In this document: positions 1 to 9,491 of the stretch, in pieces
Layout: every line of letters begins with the position of its first letter
How positions within the stretch are numbered: the stretch's first letter is position 1
Assembly (NCBI GenBank): GCA_044223515.1
Contig: JBGALV010000005.1
Location: 15,689 to 79,688 of the forward strand
Length of the DNA stretch: 64,000 bases
DNA from: Alphaproteobacteria bacterium
Lineage (GTDB): Bacteria > Pseudomonadota > Alphaproteobacteria > SHVZ01
Reading direction: 5' to 3'
Notes under the pieces: generated by a model
What the model was told of the DNA's origin: nothing
The model's database searches: none
What the model saw: only the letters and a program-made list of their open reading frames with translations
Position numbers and translations under genes: made by a program

Positions 1-2
1 AG

Positions 3-893
3 CTGAAGCCGGTCTACGGCATCATCCCCGACCAGCCGCTGACCGAGCGCACGGTGCCGACCCTGGTCGGATATCGCGGCATGGGCCCGGTCCGCGTCGG
101 CAACCAGGCGGCCGAGCAGATCCAGAACGACGTCTATGGCAGCGTCATCCTGGCTGCGGCGCAGATGTTCTTCGACACGCGCCTGCCGCGCCCGGGAGAC
201 GGCGCCCTGTTCAAGGAGCTCGAGCAGCTGGGCGACGTCGCGGCGCGGGTTGCGCTCGAGCCCGATGCCGGCATCTGGGAATATCGCGGCCGCGCCCGCG
301 TGCACACTCACTCGGCGGCGATGTGCTGGGCCGGCATCGCCCGGCTCGCCAAGATCGCCTCCCATATCGGCCTGCCCGAGCGCGCGGCGCATTGGAAGGC
401 GGAAGCGGCCCGCATCCGCAAGGTGATCCTCGACCAGGCGTGGAACGAGAAGGCGAACAGCTTCGTCGAGAGCTTCGGCGGCGCCGACATCGACGCGAGC
501 CTGCTGCTGCTGCAGGAGATCGGCTTCCTCGCCGCCGACGATCCGCGCTTCGCGGGCACACTGGCGATGATCGAGAAGCAGCTTCGCAATGGGCATCAGA
601 TCTTCCGGTACGTGGCGCCGGACGACTTCGGCAAGCCCTCGACTTCCTTCGCCGTCTGCACGTTCTGGTACATCGATGCTCTGGCCGCCGCCGGACGGCG
701 CGACGAGGCACGCGAGCTGTTCGAGGAAACGCTGACCTGGCGCAACCCGCTGGGGCTCCTTTCCGAGGACCTCGATCCCAGGACGGGTGAGCTCTGGGGC
801 AACTTTCCGCAGACCTACGCCATGGTCGGCCTGATCAACTCGGCGATGCGGCTTTCCAAGACATGGGAGGAAGCGTTTTGGCGCGGCTCGTGA
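3..893 (+). CDS. Glycoside hydrolase family 15 protein (glucoamylase/trehalase-like), C-terminal part; the 5' end lies outside the window
   Basis: The frame is open from the window edge (the listed ORF at 54 starts on an internal GTG). The (alpha/alpha)6-type segment GIWEYRGRARVHTHSAAMCWAGIARLAKIA and the C-terminal WGNFPQTYAMVGLINSA are typical of GH15. It is adjacent to otsA. Confidence 0.8.
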   Translation: MKPVYGIIPDQPLTERTVPTLVGYRGMGPVRVGNQAAEQIQNDVYGSVILAAAQMFFDTRLPRPGDGALFKELEQLGDVAARVALEPDAGIWEYRGRARVHTHSAAMCWAGIARLAKIASHIGLPERAAHWKAEAARIRKVILDQAWNEKANSFVESFGGADIDASLLLLQEIGFLAADDPRFAGTLAMIEKQLRNGHQIFRYVAPDDFGKPSTSFAVCTFWYIDALAAAGRRDEARELFEETLTWRNPLGLLSEDLDPRTGELWGNFPQTYAMVGLINSAMRLSKTWEEAFWRGS

Positions 894-2269
894 TCGTCTC
901 CAACCGCGTCGCCGTTCCCGGCGACAGGCTGAAGGCGGGTGGCCTCGCCGTCGCGCTGAAGGAGGCGCTCGGACCGAGCGGCGGCTTGTGGTTCGGCTGG
1001 AGCGGAGACATCGTGCCGATGCCCGCAGACGAGCCCAAGCACGTCAGCCACGCCGGCATGGACTATGCCACGCTCGATCTCTCGCCCGAGGAGCACGAGA
1101 CCTATTACGCCGGCTTCTCGAATGCGACGCTGTGGCCGCTCTTCCATTACCGGCTCGGCCTGATCGACTTCCGCCGCGCCCAGCTCAAGGGCTATCTCGC
1201 GGTCAACGAGCGATATGCGCGCGCGCTCGCCCGATTGATCCGGCCGGACGACACGATCTGGGTGCACGACTACCACTTCATCCCGCTCGCCGAGATGCTG
1301 CGGCGACTCGGGGTGAGGAACCCGATCGGCTTCTTCCTCCATATCCCGTTTCCGGCTCCCGAGGTGCTGGCGGCGCTTCCAGGCCATGAGCAGCTGACCC
1401 GGGCATTGCTTGCTTACGACCTCGTCGGCTTCCAGACCGAGATCGATCGCCACGCCTTCGAGCGCTGCGTGATCGAGCACGGCCAGGGCAAGCTCGATCT
1501 CGAAGGCCGCCTTTTCGCCGGCGATCATCGCGCCACGACCGGGGTGTTCCCGGTCGGCATCGATGTCGACGAGTTCGCCGCCTGGGCAAAGAAGGGCGAG
1601 ACGGCACGCGACACGCGCCGCCTGATCGACAGCCTCTCCGGGCGCAAGCTCGTGATCGGCGTCGACCGCCTCGACTACTCGAAAGGAATCCCGAAGCGGC
1701 TGGAAGCCTTCGAGGCCTTGCTCGACACGCGACCCGAGCATCGGCAGAAGGTGACCTTCCTGCAGGTGACGCCGATCTCGCGCGGCGAGGTCGCCCAGTA
1801 CAAGTCGCTGCGTCGCGAGCTCGAGGCGCTCGCCGGCCGCATCAACGGCAAGTACGCCGAGTTCGACTGGAATCCGATCCGCTACCTCAACAAGGCGGTC
1901 GCCCGTCCGACGCTGGCCGGCTTCTATCGCCACGCCCGGGTGGGTCTGGTGACGCCGGTCCGTGACGGCATGAACCTCGTCGCCAAGGAATACGTCGCCG
2001 CGCAGAATCCGGAGGACCCGGGCGTCCTGGTGCTCTCGCATCTCGCCGGCGCGGCGCACGAGCTCGACGCGGCGCTGCTGGTCAATCCGTTCGATCCGGA
2101 AGGTGTCGCCGAAGCGATCCATGAAGGGCTGGTGATGCCGCCGGACGAGCGGCGGGATCGCTGGCGGCGGATGCGTTCGGTGCTCGGGCATACGACCCAG
2201 CGCGATTGGAGCACCCGCTTCCTCGCCGCGCTCGCAGAGCCCCGCGCTCCCACGCACGCCGCGGCCTGA
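863..2269 (+). CDS. otsA: Alpha,alpha-trehalose-phosphate synthase (UDP-forming)
   Basis: GT20 motifs RLVIVSNRVAVP, LWFGWSG, IWVHDYHF, FFLHIPFP and GMNLVAKEY. The start is ambiguous: ATG 863, or in-frame TTG 878 preceded by GGGAGGA. Either start overlaps the GH15 stop. Confidence 0.9.
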   Translation: MGGSVLARLVIVSNRVAVPGDRLKAGGLAVALKEALGPSGGLWFGWSGDIVPMPADEPKHVSHAGMDYATLDLSPEEHETYYAGFSNATLWPLFHYRLGLIDFRRAQLKGYLAVNERYARALARLIRPDDTIWVHDYHFIPLAEMLRRLGVRNPIGFFLHIPFPAPEVLAALPGHEQLTRALLAYDLVGFQTEIDRHAFERCVIEHGQGKLDLEGRLFAGDHRATTGVFPVGIDVDEFAAWAKKGETARDTRRLIDSLSGRKLVIGVDRLDYSKGIPKRLEAFEALLDTRPEHRQKVTFLQVTPISRGEVAQYKSLRRELEALAGRINGKYAEFDWNPIRYLNKAVARPTLAGFYRHARVGLVTPVRDGMNLVAKEYVAAQNPEDPGVLVLSHLAGAAHELDAALLVNPFDPEGVAEAIHEGLVMPPDERRDRWRRMRSVLGHTTQRDWSTRFLAALAEPRAPTHAAA

Positions 2270-2295
2270 AAGCGGATTGACGGGGTGGCCATGGC

Positions 2296-2322
2296 GTCAT
2301 AATTTATGACTGACTGGTCAGT
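2296..2322. promoter_or_regulatory. Candidate TetR operator: two overlapping inverted repeats directly upstream of the tetR start codon
   Basis: GTCAT-AATTT-ATGAC lies at 2296-2310 and ACTGAC-TG-GTCAGT at 2309-2322. Both have perfect arms and end 6 nt before ATG 2329, in a locally AT-rich patch. Confidence 0.35.
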
Positions 2323-2328
2323 AATAAA

Positions 2329-2958
2329 ATGCCCCGAAAGTCGACATCCCGCCCGCGCGGGCGGCCGCGCAAGGTCGCAGGCCCTGAGGAGTTGCTCGCC
2401 GCCGCGTTGCGCGTCTTCTCCGAACGCGGCTTCGCCGCCTCGCGGCTCGACGACGTGGCCCGCGAGGCCGGCATCTCTAAGGCGGCGCTTTATCTTTATT
2501 TCGAGAGCAAGCAGGCGCTCTTCGAGGCGCTGGTCCGCTCGGCCGTGCTGCCGAACGTCGAGCGGCTCGAAGCCCTCGTCGCGGGCTGGCAGGGCAGCGC
2601 CGCGGACTTGCTCCGCAGCCTCGTCCGGGCCATCGCCCGCATCGTCGTCGACAGCGACGTTTCGGCATTCCCGAAGCTGATCATCGCCGAGGCCTCCAAC
2701 TTTCCCGATCTCGCCAAGCTGTACCGTTCTGCCGTGATCGAGCGCGTGCTGGGACTCGTCGCCTCGATCGTTCGCCGCGGCATCGAGCGGGGCGAATTCC
2801 GAAGGACCGATGCCGATCTCGCCGCGCGGCTGGTGATCGCGCCGGTGCTGCTTTCGGCGATCTGGAAGACGTGCTTCGCTCGGCATGACTCCCAGCCTTT
2901 CGATCCGGCGCCGCTGCTGGAGCTTCATGTCGACACCTTGGTGAGGGGGCTCGCGTGA
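2329..2958 (+). CDS. TetR/AcrR family transcriptional regulator
   Basis: N-terminal HTH LLAAALRVFSERGFAASRLDDVAREAGISKAALYLYFESKQALFEAL. It is the first gene of the efflux operon. Confidence 0.9.
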   Translation: MPRKSTSRPRGRPRKVAGPEELLAAALRVFSERGFAASRLDDVAREAGISKAALYLYFESKQALFEALVRSAVLPNVERLEALVAGWQGSAADLLRSLVRAIARIVVDSDVSAFPKLIIAEASNFPDLAKLYRSAVIERVLGLVASIVRRGIERGEFRRTDADLAARLVIAPVLLSAIWKTCFARHDSQPFDPAPLLELHVDTLVRGLA

Positions 2959-3896
2959 GACGCATCCTTCCTGTCGTTCTCTCGCTGGTGCTCTTCGGCT
3001 GCGACGAGGCAACGAAGGACCGCGGCTTTCTCGGATATGTCGAAGGCGAGCGGGTGACCGTCGGCGCGCAGGACGGCGGCTGGATCGAGGAGATTTTCGT
3101 CGCCGAAGGCGACCAGGTGGCGATCGGCCAGAAGCTCTTCCGGCTGGAGGCACGGCGCGAGACCGCGCAACGCGACCAGGCCAAGGCGCGGCTCGACGAA
3201 GCCGAGTCCCGTCTCTCGAATTTGCTGACCGGCAAGCGCGCCGATGAGCTCAAGGCGATCGAGGCGCAGATCGCCCAGGCGGAGGCCAATCTCGCGCTCG
3301 GACGGCGCGAGCTGGCCCGGCAGCAGGAGCTCGCGAGCTCACCCGCCGCCAATCCGCGCCTCCTCGACCAGGCGCGGGCGACCGCGGCGGCCGAGCAGGC
3401 GCGCCTTGCCGAGTTGCAGGCGCAACTTCGCGTCGCCCGTCTTCCGGCCCGCGAAGACGAGATCGCGGCGGCGCGCGCGCAGATGGACGCGGCAGGGGCC
3501 GCTCTCGCCGAAGCGGAAACGCGGCTTGCCGACCGCACGATCTCAGCCCGAGCTGCCGGAAGGGTCGAACGCCTCGTGCGACGGGCCGGCGAACTCGCGC
3601 CCGCAGGCGGGGCGGTCGTAAGCCTGCTTCCGCCGGAGACCGTGCATGCGCGGATCTTCGTGCCCGAGGCTGCGCTGGCGCAGCTCCGGATCGGCTCGAA
3701 GTTCGCGATCGCTTGCGACGGCTGCCCGCCCGACCTCTCCGCCCAGGTGACCTTCGTTGCCGGCGATGCCGAGTTCACGCCGCCGGTCATCTATGCGATC
3801 GAGAGCCGGAAGAAGCTGGTCTATCTGGTGAAGGCGAAGCCGTCGGCCGCCGTGCTCAAGCCCGGCCAGCCGATCCAGGCGCGGCTCATTCCATGA
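2955..3896 (+). CDS. HlyD-family membrane fusion (periplasmic adaptor) protein, probable lipoprotein
   Basis: GTG start overlaps the tetR stop (GTGA). Lipobox LVLFGC. Long Ala/Glu/Arg-rich coiled-coil region and a C-terminal beta domain. This is the YbhG-like position in a TetR-MFP-ABC-ABC2 operon. Confidence 0.85.
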   Translation: MRRILPVVLSLVLFGCDEATKDRGFLGYVEGERVTVGAQDGGWIEEIFVAEGDQVAIGQKLFRLEARRETAQRDQAKARLDEAESRLSNLLTGKRADELKAIEAQIAQAEANLALGRRELARQQELASSPAANPRLLDQARATAAAEQARLAELQAQLRVARLPAREDEIAAARAQMDAAGAALAEAETRLADRTISARAAGRVERLVRRAGELAPAGGAVVSLLPPETVHARIFVPEAALAQLRIGSKFAIACDGCPPDLSAQVTFVAGDAEFTPPVIYAIESRKKLVYLVKAKPSAAVLKPGQPIQARLIP

Positions 3897-4837
3897 CGCC
3901 GCTCGCGATCGACGTCGAGGGCCTGACCAAGCGCTTCGGTGCCCGCACCGTCGTAGACGACGTTTCGCTCAAGGTGCCGACGGGCGAGGTATGGGGCTTC
4001 CTCGGCCCGAACGGCAGCGGCAAGACCACGACGATCCGGATGCTGTGCGGGCTGCTCCAGCCCGACGGCGGCCACGGCACGTGCCTGGGGCTCGACGTCC
4101 TGACGCAGTCCGAAGCCATCAAGCGCCAGGTCGGCTACATGACCCAGCGCTTCAGCTTCTACGAAGATCTGACGGTCCGGGAGAACCTCGACTTCGTCGC
4201 GCGGCTCTATGCCCTTTCGAACCGGCGCACCCAGGTCGAGCGGACGATGGAACGGGTGGGTCTGGCCAAACGGCACGACCAGCTCGCCGGCTCGCTTTCC
4301 GGCGGGTGGAAGCAGCGTCTGGCGCTTGCCGCCTGCATGATGCATGCGCCGAGGCTGCTTCTTCTCGACGAGCCGACCGCGGGTGTCGATCCGCAGGCGC
4401 GCCGCGAGTTCTGGGAGCAGATCCATGCGCTCGCGCGCGAAGGCGTCACGGTCCTCGTCTCGACCCACTACATGGACGAGGCCGAGCGCTGCGACCGCAT
4501 CGCCTATATCGCCTACGGCAAGCTGCTGGCGGTCGGGACGGTCGAGGAGGTGATCGCCGGTGCCAGGCTCTCGACCTGGATCGCGACCGGGCCCGGGCGC
4601 AACGAGATCGCGGCGAAGCTGGCGGGGAATCCTGGAATCGGCACGGCGGTCTTCGGCCCGTCGCTGCATGTGAGTTCCGGTGATCCTCTGGCGCTCCGGC
4701 GCGCGATCGAGCCCTTGATGGGCGATCCGCGCGTCACCTGGCGCGAGACGACGCCGACCCTCGAGGACGTGTTCATCCACCTGATCGCGGATGCAGGCGC
4801 GGCCCAAGCCAGGGACGCTCAGGACAGAGCGGCGTGA
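3893..4837 (+). CDS. ABC transporter ATP-binding protein (ABC-2/drug-efflux type)
   Basis: ATG 3893 overlaps the HlyD stop (ATGA). Walker A GPNGSGKTT, signature LSGGWKQRLALA, Walker B LLLLDEPTAGVD. Confidence 0.9.
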   Translation: MTPLAIDVEGLTKRFGARTVVDDVSLKVPTGEVWGFLGPNGSGKTTTIRMLCGLLQPDGGHGTCLGLDVLTQSEAIKRQVGYMTQRFSFYEDLTVRENLDFVARLYALSNRRTQVERTMERVGLAKRHDQLAGSLSGGWKQRLALAACMMHAPRLLLLDEPTAGVDPQARREFWEQIHALAREGVTVLVSTHYMDEAERCDRIAYIAYGKLLAVGTVEEVIAGARLSTWIATGPGRNEIAAKLAGNPGIGTAVFGPSLHVSSGDPLALRRAIEPLMGDPRVTWRETTPTLEDVFIHLIADAGAAQARDAQDRAA

Positions 4838-5952
4838 TGCTGTCTTCTCTCGCACGCATCGCCGCGATGACGGTGAAGGAGATGATCCAGCTCCGCCGCG
4901 ACCGGCTCACCTTCGGGATGATCCTCGGCATCCCGGTGATCCAGCTCCTGCTCTTCGGCTACGCGATCAACGCCGACCCGAAGCAGCTGCCGACCGCGAT
5001 CCTGTCGCGCGATCCGGGCCAGGTCGAGCGCAGCATCGTCGGGGCGCTCGAGCGCTCGGGCTATTTTCGTGTTGTCGCCCAGGTCACCGGCGAGCCGGAG
5101 GTGGAGCGCCTGATCGCGCTCGGCGAGGTCGCCTTCGTCGTAACCATCCCCGATGGGTTCACCCGCGACCTCCTGAAGGGCGAGCGGGCGCAGATCCTGG
5201 TCGAGGCCGACGCGACCGATCCGGCCGCGACATCGAACGCGGTCGCCGCCCTCAACCAGCTTCCGCGCTCGGCCCTCCGCCACGACCTGCCGACGCTGGT
5301 GACCGAGCCTGCCTTCGACGTGGTGATCCACCGTCGCTACAACCCGGAGGGCCTGACCGCCTACAACATCGTGCCGGGCCTGCTCGGCGTCATCCTGACC
5401 ATGACCATGGTGCTGATGACCGCGCTGGCGATCACGCGCGAGACCGAGCGCGGCACGATGGAGAACCTGCTGGCGATGCCGTTGACGCCGGCGGAGGTCA
5501 TGGCCGGCAAGATCCTGCCCTACATCGTCATCGGCTATGTCCAGGTCGGCGTGGTGCTGCTGGCCGCGCGCCATCTGTTTGCGGTGCCGATGCTGGGCTC
5601 GATCGGCTTGCTGACGCTGGCGCTGCTGGCCTTCCTGCTGGCGAACCTCGCGGTCGGGCTGACCTTCTCGGCGGTCGCGCGCAACCAGCTGCAGGCCATG
5701 CAGATGACTTTCTTCTTCTTCCTGCCCTCGATCCTGCTCTCGGGCTTCATGTTTCCGTTCCGCGGCATGCCGGGATGGGCACAGGGCGTCGGCGAGGTGC
5801 TGCCGCTGACGCATTTTCTCCGCATCGTGCGCGGCATCCTGCTCAAAGGGAACGGCATGATCGAGATCTGGCCGGAGGTCTGGCCGCTTCTCGCCTTCGC
5901 CGCCGTCGCCTGGACGGTGGCGATCCTCCGCTACCGCCGCACGCTCGACTAG
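4834..5952 (+). CDS. ABC-2 type transporter permease (YbhR/YhhJ-like)
   Basis: Start overlaps the ATPase stop. It has an N-terminal TM, a large extracytoplasmic loop and then five hydrophobic segments. The typical ABC-2 motif RETERGTMENLL is present. Confidence 0.85.
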   Translation: MMLSSLARIAAMTVKEMIQLRRDRLTFGMILGIPVIQLLLFGYAINADPKQLPTAILSRDPGQVERSIVGALERSGYFRVVAQVTGEPEVERLIALGEVAFVVTIPDGFTRDLLKGERAQILVEADATDPAATSNAVAALNQLPRSALRHDLPTLVTEPAFDVVIHRRYNPEGLTAYNIVPGLLGVILTMTMVLMTALAITRETERGTMENLLAMPLTPAEVMAGKILPYIVIGYVQVGVVLLAARHLFAVPMLGSIGLLTLALLAFLLANLAVGLTFSAVARNQLQAMQMTFFFFLPSILLSGFMFPFRGMPGWAQGVGEVLPLTHFLRIVRGILLKGNGMIEIWPEVWPLLAFAAVAWTVAILRYRRTLD

Positions 5953-6470
5953 CTGTTCGCGCTGTCCGAGGCGCCGACGGCGCTCGCGCCGGGGCCGGTC
6001 TCGAAATGGGAAACCACGCGGCCCAGCAGCTCGAGGAACATCTCGCGTTCCGCCGGGCTGAGCGCCGCCAGCAGCGTGCCCGATGTGCCGGCGGACTTCT
6101 GCTGGACTTGGCTCAGCATCCCGTCGCCCTCGCGGGTCAGCGCCAGCACGCGCCGGCGGCGATCGGACTCGCCGATGTCCCGGGCGACGAAGCCGCGGCT
6201 CTCCAAGGTCGCCACCACGGTGCCGGTGGTCGAGCGGTCGAGGCGAAGCAGCTTCGCCAGCGTCACCTGGTCGATGCTGGGATAGCGCTTCAGGATGTAG
6301 AGGACGCCGAACTGGGTGTTGGTGAGGCCGAGTTCGCCGGCATGCGCCTGGAACACCGAGATGGTGATCTGATGCGCGCGCCGGATCATGAACCCGGGCC
6401 GGCCGTACAGCTCGGCCAGCCGCTCGGGCGCGGTCGACAGCGGATCGTCGTCGAGGTCGATCATCGACAT
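5949..6470 (-). CDS. MarR family transcriptional regulator
   Basis: Winged-helix core LTNTQFGVLYILKRYPSIDQVTLAKLLRLDRSTTGTVVATLESRGFVAR...DRRRRVLALT. Confidence 0.85.
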   Translation of the reverse strand: MSMIDLDDDPLSTAPERLAELYGRPGFMIRRAHQITISVFQAHAGELGLTNTQFGVLYILKRYPSIDQVTLAKLLRLDRSTTGTVVATLESRGFVARDIGESDRRRRVLALTREGDGMLSQVQQKSAGTSGTLLAALSPAEREMFLELLGRVVSHFETGPGASAVGASDSANS

Positions 6471-6504
6471 GGCCGGAACCTAGCCGAGGTTTTGGCGCGA
6501 TGCA

Positions 6505-7407
6505 TCACCGAAGGATCAGCAGCACGACGCTGCCGGCGACCAGCAGGATTCCGGCGGTCTCTCCCGCGGTCGCGCGCTCGCGGAAGATCAGGTGCGACGC
6601 CAGGTAGGTGAATACCAACTCGACCTGGCCCAGCGCCCGGACCAGCGCCGCGTTCTCGAGCGTCATGCCGAAGAACCAGCCGCAGGAGCCGAGTACCGAC
6701 AAGAGGCCGACCGGGAAGGTCCGGGGCCAGAGACGGATGACCTCGACGATCTGGCGCCGGTCGCGGATCAGGAGATAGGTCCCCATCATGATCGCCTGCA
6801 TCGTCGTGATCGAGGCGAGCGTCACGGCGGCTCGTTCCAGCTCGTTGCCTTCGGGCAACGCCAGCGCCGAGGCGCGGATCGCGACCGCGCAGATGCCGAA
6901 CAGCGTGCCCGAGCCGAGGCCGACGAGGGCCGCCTTGCGCGCGCCCTCGTCCTTCCACGACCCGGCGCCGGCCGCCGCCGCCCGCGACATCACGACGATG
7001 CCGACGAAGCCAATGAGGATCGCGCCCCAACCCCAGAGATCGAGATGCTCGCCGAGGATCAGCACGGCCAGCAACGCCGCCTGCAGCGTCTCGGTCTTCG
7101 AGTAGGTCGTGCCGACGACGAAGCTGCGGTAGGTGAACGCGCGGATCAGCAGCGAGGTCGCGGCGATCTGGGTCAGCCCACCGATCGCGCCATAGGCCAG
7201 CGACGCTGCGTTCGGCAACGGCAGCTCGCGGCCGAAACCCTTGGTCAGCAGAACGAGGATCAGGAGCGCGATCGGCGCGCCGTAGACGTAGCGGATGAAG
7301 TTGGCGCCCTCGGCCGAAAGCGACTTGGTCAGCCGCTTCTGCAGCGCCGTGCGCAGGCACTGCAGGAACGCCGCCGCGATCGTTACCGGTATCCAGAGAT
7401 CCGCCAT
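6505..7407 (-). CDS. EamA/DMT family transporter
   Basis: About ten hydrophobic helices with duplicated EamA-like halves. ATG 7407 (MADLWIPV) is preferred over the TTG at 7422, which lies inside a hairpin. Confidence 0.8.
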   Translation of the reverse strand: MADLWIPVTIAAAFLQCLRTALQKRLTKSLSAEGANFIRYVYGAPIALLILVLLTKGFGRELPLPNAASLAYGAIGGLTQIAATSLLIRAFTYRSFVVGTTYSKTETLQAALLAVLILGEHLDLWGWGAILIGFVGIVVMSRAAAAGAGSWKDEGARKAALVGLGSGTLFGICAVAIRASALALPEGNELERAAVTLASITTMQAIMMGTYLLIRDRRQIVEVIRLWPRTFPVGLLSVLGSCGWFFGMTLENAALVRALGQVELVFTYLASHLIFRERATAGETAGILLVAGSVVLLILR

Positions 7408-7433
7408 CTGCCGCTCCCCCAAGGGGGCGGCAG
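7408..7433 (-). terminator. GC-rich stem-loop between the asmA stop and the EamA start; terminator-like and overlapping the EamA ribosome-binding region
   Basis: CTGCCGCTCCC-CCAA-GGGGGCGGCAG forms an 11-bp stem with one G-U pair and a 4-nt loop. There is no U tract. On the minus strand its 3' arm ends 1 nt before ATG 7407. Confidence 0.35.
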
Positions 7434-7471
7434 ACTAGAGGTCGAACCTCACGGCGCCAAGTGCCGGGGCG

Positions 7472-9478
7472 TTATCGGTTCAGCAGGTTCCGGAGGCCCC
7501 CCAGCGGGTTCTGCGAGGGAGCCGGCTGCTGCTGTTGCTGACCCGCGGCCGGCGGGTTGCTCGAGGCACCCGGCAGCGTGACGCCCGGGATCGCCGGGAT
7601 CGCGCCCTTCAGGGCGTCGAGCGCGCGCGACGGATCGACCTTGATCAGCGCCGCCAGGTCCGGCCGGTAGCTGAGGTTGTCCCAAGGGCCCTTCACGTCG
7701 ACCGGGACCATGACGCCCGAGGCCTGCATCTGGCCGCCCTGGCCTTCGGTCGACATTACCGCCTTGGGCTCGACGCGGTAGTCGAGCGTCTTCTGCGGCA
7801 GGTTGACCGTGCCCTTGCCTTCGATCCGCAGCAGCGGCGACTTCAGCGCGAGGTCGTTGTTGCGGACGATGCCTGCCTGGATCGTGTAGGTGCCGCCGAG
7901 CTCGGAGAAGTCGGTCTTCTGCGACTCCTGGGCCTTCGGATCGAGGAAGGCGTTGGCCACGTTGCGGACCATCGCCGCGAGGTTGATGCCCTTGATCGCG
8001 CCTTCGGTGAAGGCGGCCTTCCCGTCGCCGTTCAGCGAGGAGATCATCTCCTTCTGCGACTTGCCGCGCGCGGCGACATGCGTCTCCATGCCGAAGGTGC
8101 CGGTCAGCCGCTTGAAGTCGGCGGCGGCGGTCAGGATCGGCTCGGCCTGCACGCCGGCGAGCGCGATCCGGGCGTCGAGCTCCGGTACCTGGGGCGCACC
8201 GTTGAGGATCATCGTGGCCTTGCCGGTGCCCTGGTAGAGCGCGAGCTCGGTCAGGTCGAGCGCCAGCCTGCCGTCCTTGAGCTGGGCCTTCACCACGCCC
8301 TTGCCGATCTCGATCTTGCGGATGACGAGGCCGCCGACCGTGAGGTCGAGATCGGCATTGGCGGCGCGGAGCGGCGTCAGATCGATCGGATCCTCGCTCC
8401 AGCCCTGCTGGCCCTGCGCGGTGGGCGCCGCTGCGCCGCTCTTCTGTGCCGGCGCCTCGGGCGGCAGGTAAGGATTGATGTCGAGCTTCTCCAGCGCGAG
8501 CTTCGCCGAGAGGTGCGGCTTCGCACCGGATGTGTCGACGGTGATGTCGCCCGTGCCCTTGATCTGGTCGAGCGAAACCTTGGCGCCGTTGAACGAGGTC
8601 TTGGCGCCCTGGCGGTCGAGCTTTCCGGAGATGGCAAGCGCCCCCATCGTGTTCGGCCGCGCGTCGATCGGCGATCCGGCCCAGGCGGCGAGATCCTTGA
8701 TCGACGGCACCGCGAGGTCCACGTCGCCTTGCATGCGGCCGGCGCCGGCGGTCGCGACCTGCCCTTTGAAGCCCAGCTTCACCGGATCGCCGCCGAGCAG
8801 CAGCGTGACGTTGGCCGGCTGCCCGGCCATTACCGCGCGCGGCTTGTCGACGTCGAGCTTCACGGTCAGCGGCTTGCCGTGCCAGGTGGCGCCGCCGTCG
8901 AGTTTCATCGGCTTGTCGAGATCAGGGAGGTCGAGCGTCGCGTTGATCTGGGTGACCTCCTCCTTGGTGTTGCTGCGCTGGTCGATGTAGGTGATGCGGC
9001 CGTCCTTGAGCTTCACCTCGCCGAGGCGGATGTCGCCGGGCGAGGCGGCCGTGCCACCGGAAGCCTGCGTCTGTGCGGGCGCCGCCGACGGCGTGCCCAT
9101 GACCCAGTTGCCGCGGCCCTGGCGGTCGATCTCGAGCACGATCTGGGGCTCGTCGAGCACGAAACTGTCGATCTCGAGGCCGCCGCGCAGCAGCGGCATG
9201 AGCTTGACCGCGACCTTGAGGCTCTTGAGCCGCGCCATCTCCGGCGTCGAGGCGCCCTGCGCATTGGCGAAGGTGACGTCCTTGGCCTCGATCCCGACGG
9301 TCGGGAAGATCGAAAGGCTCATGTCGCCCTTGATCGCCAGCGTGCGTCCGGTCGCCTGCTTGGCCTGCGCCTCGATCTGGTTCTTGTAGACCGAGACCGG
9401 GATGAAGAACGGTGCGGCGATCGCGGCGACGATGACGACGACCACCAATGCGGCGATGGCGATGAGAATCTTCTTCAT
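7472..9478 (-). CDS. AsmA family protein (outer-membrane biogenesis/lipid transport-like)
   Basis: N-terminal anchor MKKILIAIAALVVVVIVAAIAAPFFIP followed by a long beta-rich periplasmic region and an AsmA-like C-terminus. Start is ATG 9478, preceded by GAGGAG. Confidence 0.8.
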   Translation of the reverse strand: MKKILIAIAALVVVVIVAAIAAPFFIPVSVYKNQIEAQAKQATGRTLAIKGDMSLSIFPTVGIEAKDVTFANAQGASTPEMARLKSLKVAVKLMPLLRGGLEIDSFVLDEPQIVLEIDRQGRGNWVMGTPSAAPAQTQASGGTAASPGDIRLGEVKLKDGRITYIDQRSNTKEEVTQINATLDLPDLDKPMKLDGGATWHGKPLTVKLDVDKPRAVMAGQPANVTLLLGGDPVKLGFKGQVATAGAGRMQGDVDLAVPSIKDLAAWAGSPIDARPNTMGALAISGKLDRQGAKTSFNGAKVSLDQIKGTGDITVDTSGAKPHLSAKLALEKLDINPYLPPEAPAQKSGAAAPTAQGQQGWSEDPIDLTPLRAANADLDLTVGGLVIRKIEIGKGVVKAQLKDGRLALDLTELALYQGTGKATMILNGAPQVPELDARIALAGVQAEPILTAAADFKRLTGTFGMETHVAARGKSQKEMISSLNGDGKAAFTEGAIKGINLAAMVRNVANAFLDPKAQESQKTDFSELGGTYTIQAGIVRNNDLALKSPLLRIEGKGTVNLPQKTLDYRVEPKAVMSTEGQGGQMQASGVMVPVDVKGPWDNLSYRPDLAALIKVDPSRALDALKGAIPAIPGVTLPGASSNPPAAGQQQQQPAPSQNPLGGLRNLLNR

Positions 9479-9491
9479 CGGTTTTCTCCTC

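Noticed and set aside
815-2257. A 480-aa ORF antisense to otsA. Many similar long ORFs exist, e.g. 7535-9505, 16331-17617, 33674-34819, 36619-39090, 54791-56830 and 61789-62682.
   Set aside because: These are typical high-GC antisense or out-of-frame open frames. Their translations are Arg/Ala/Pro/Gly-rich and low in complexity. They lack recognisable motifs and completely overlap genes with strong family signatures on the other strand or frame.
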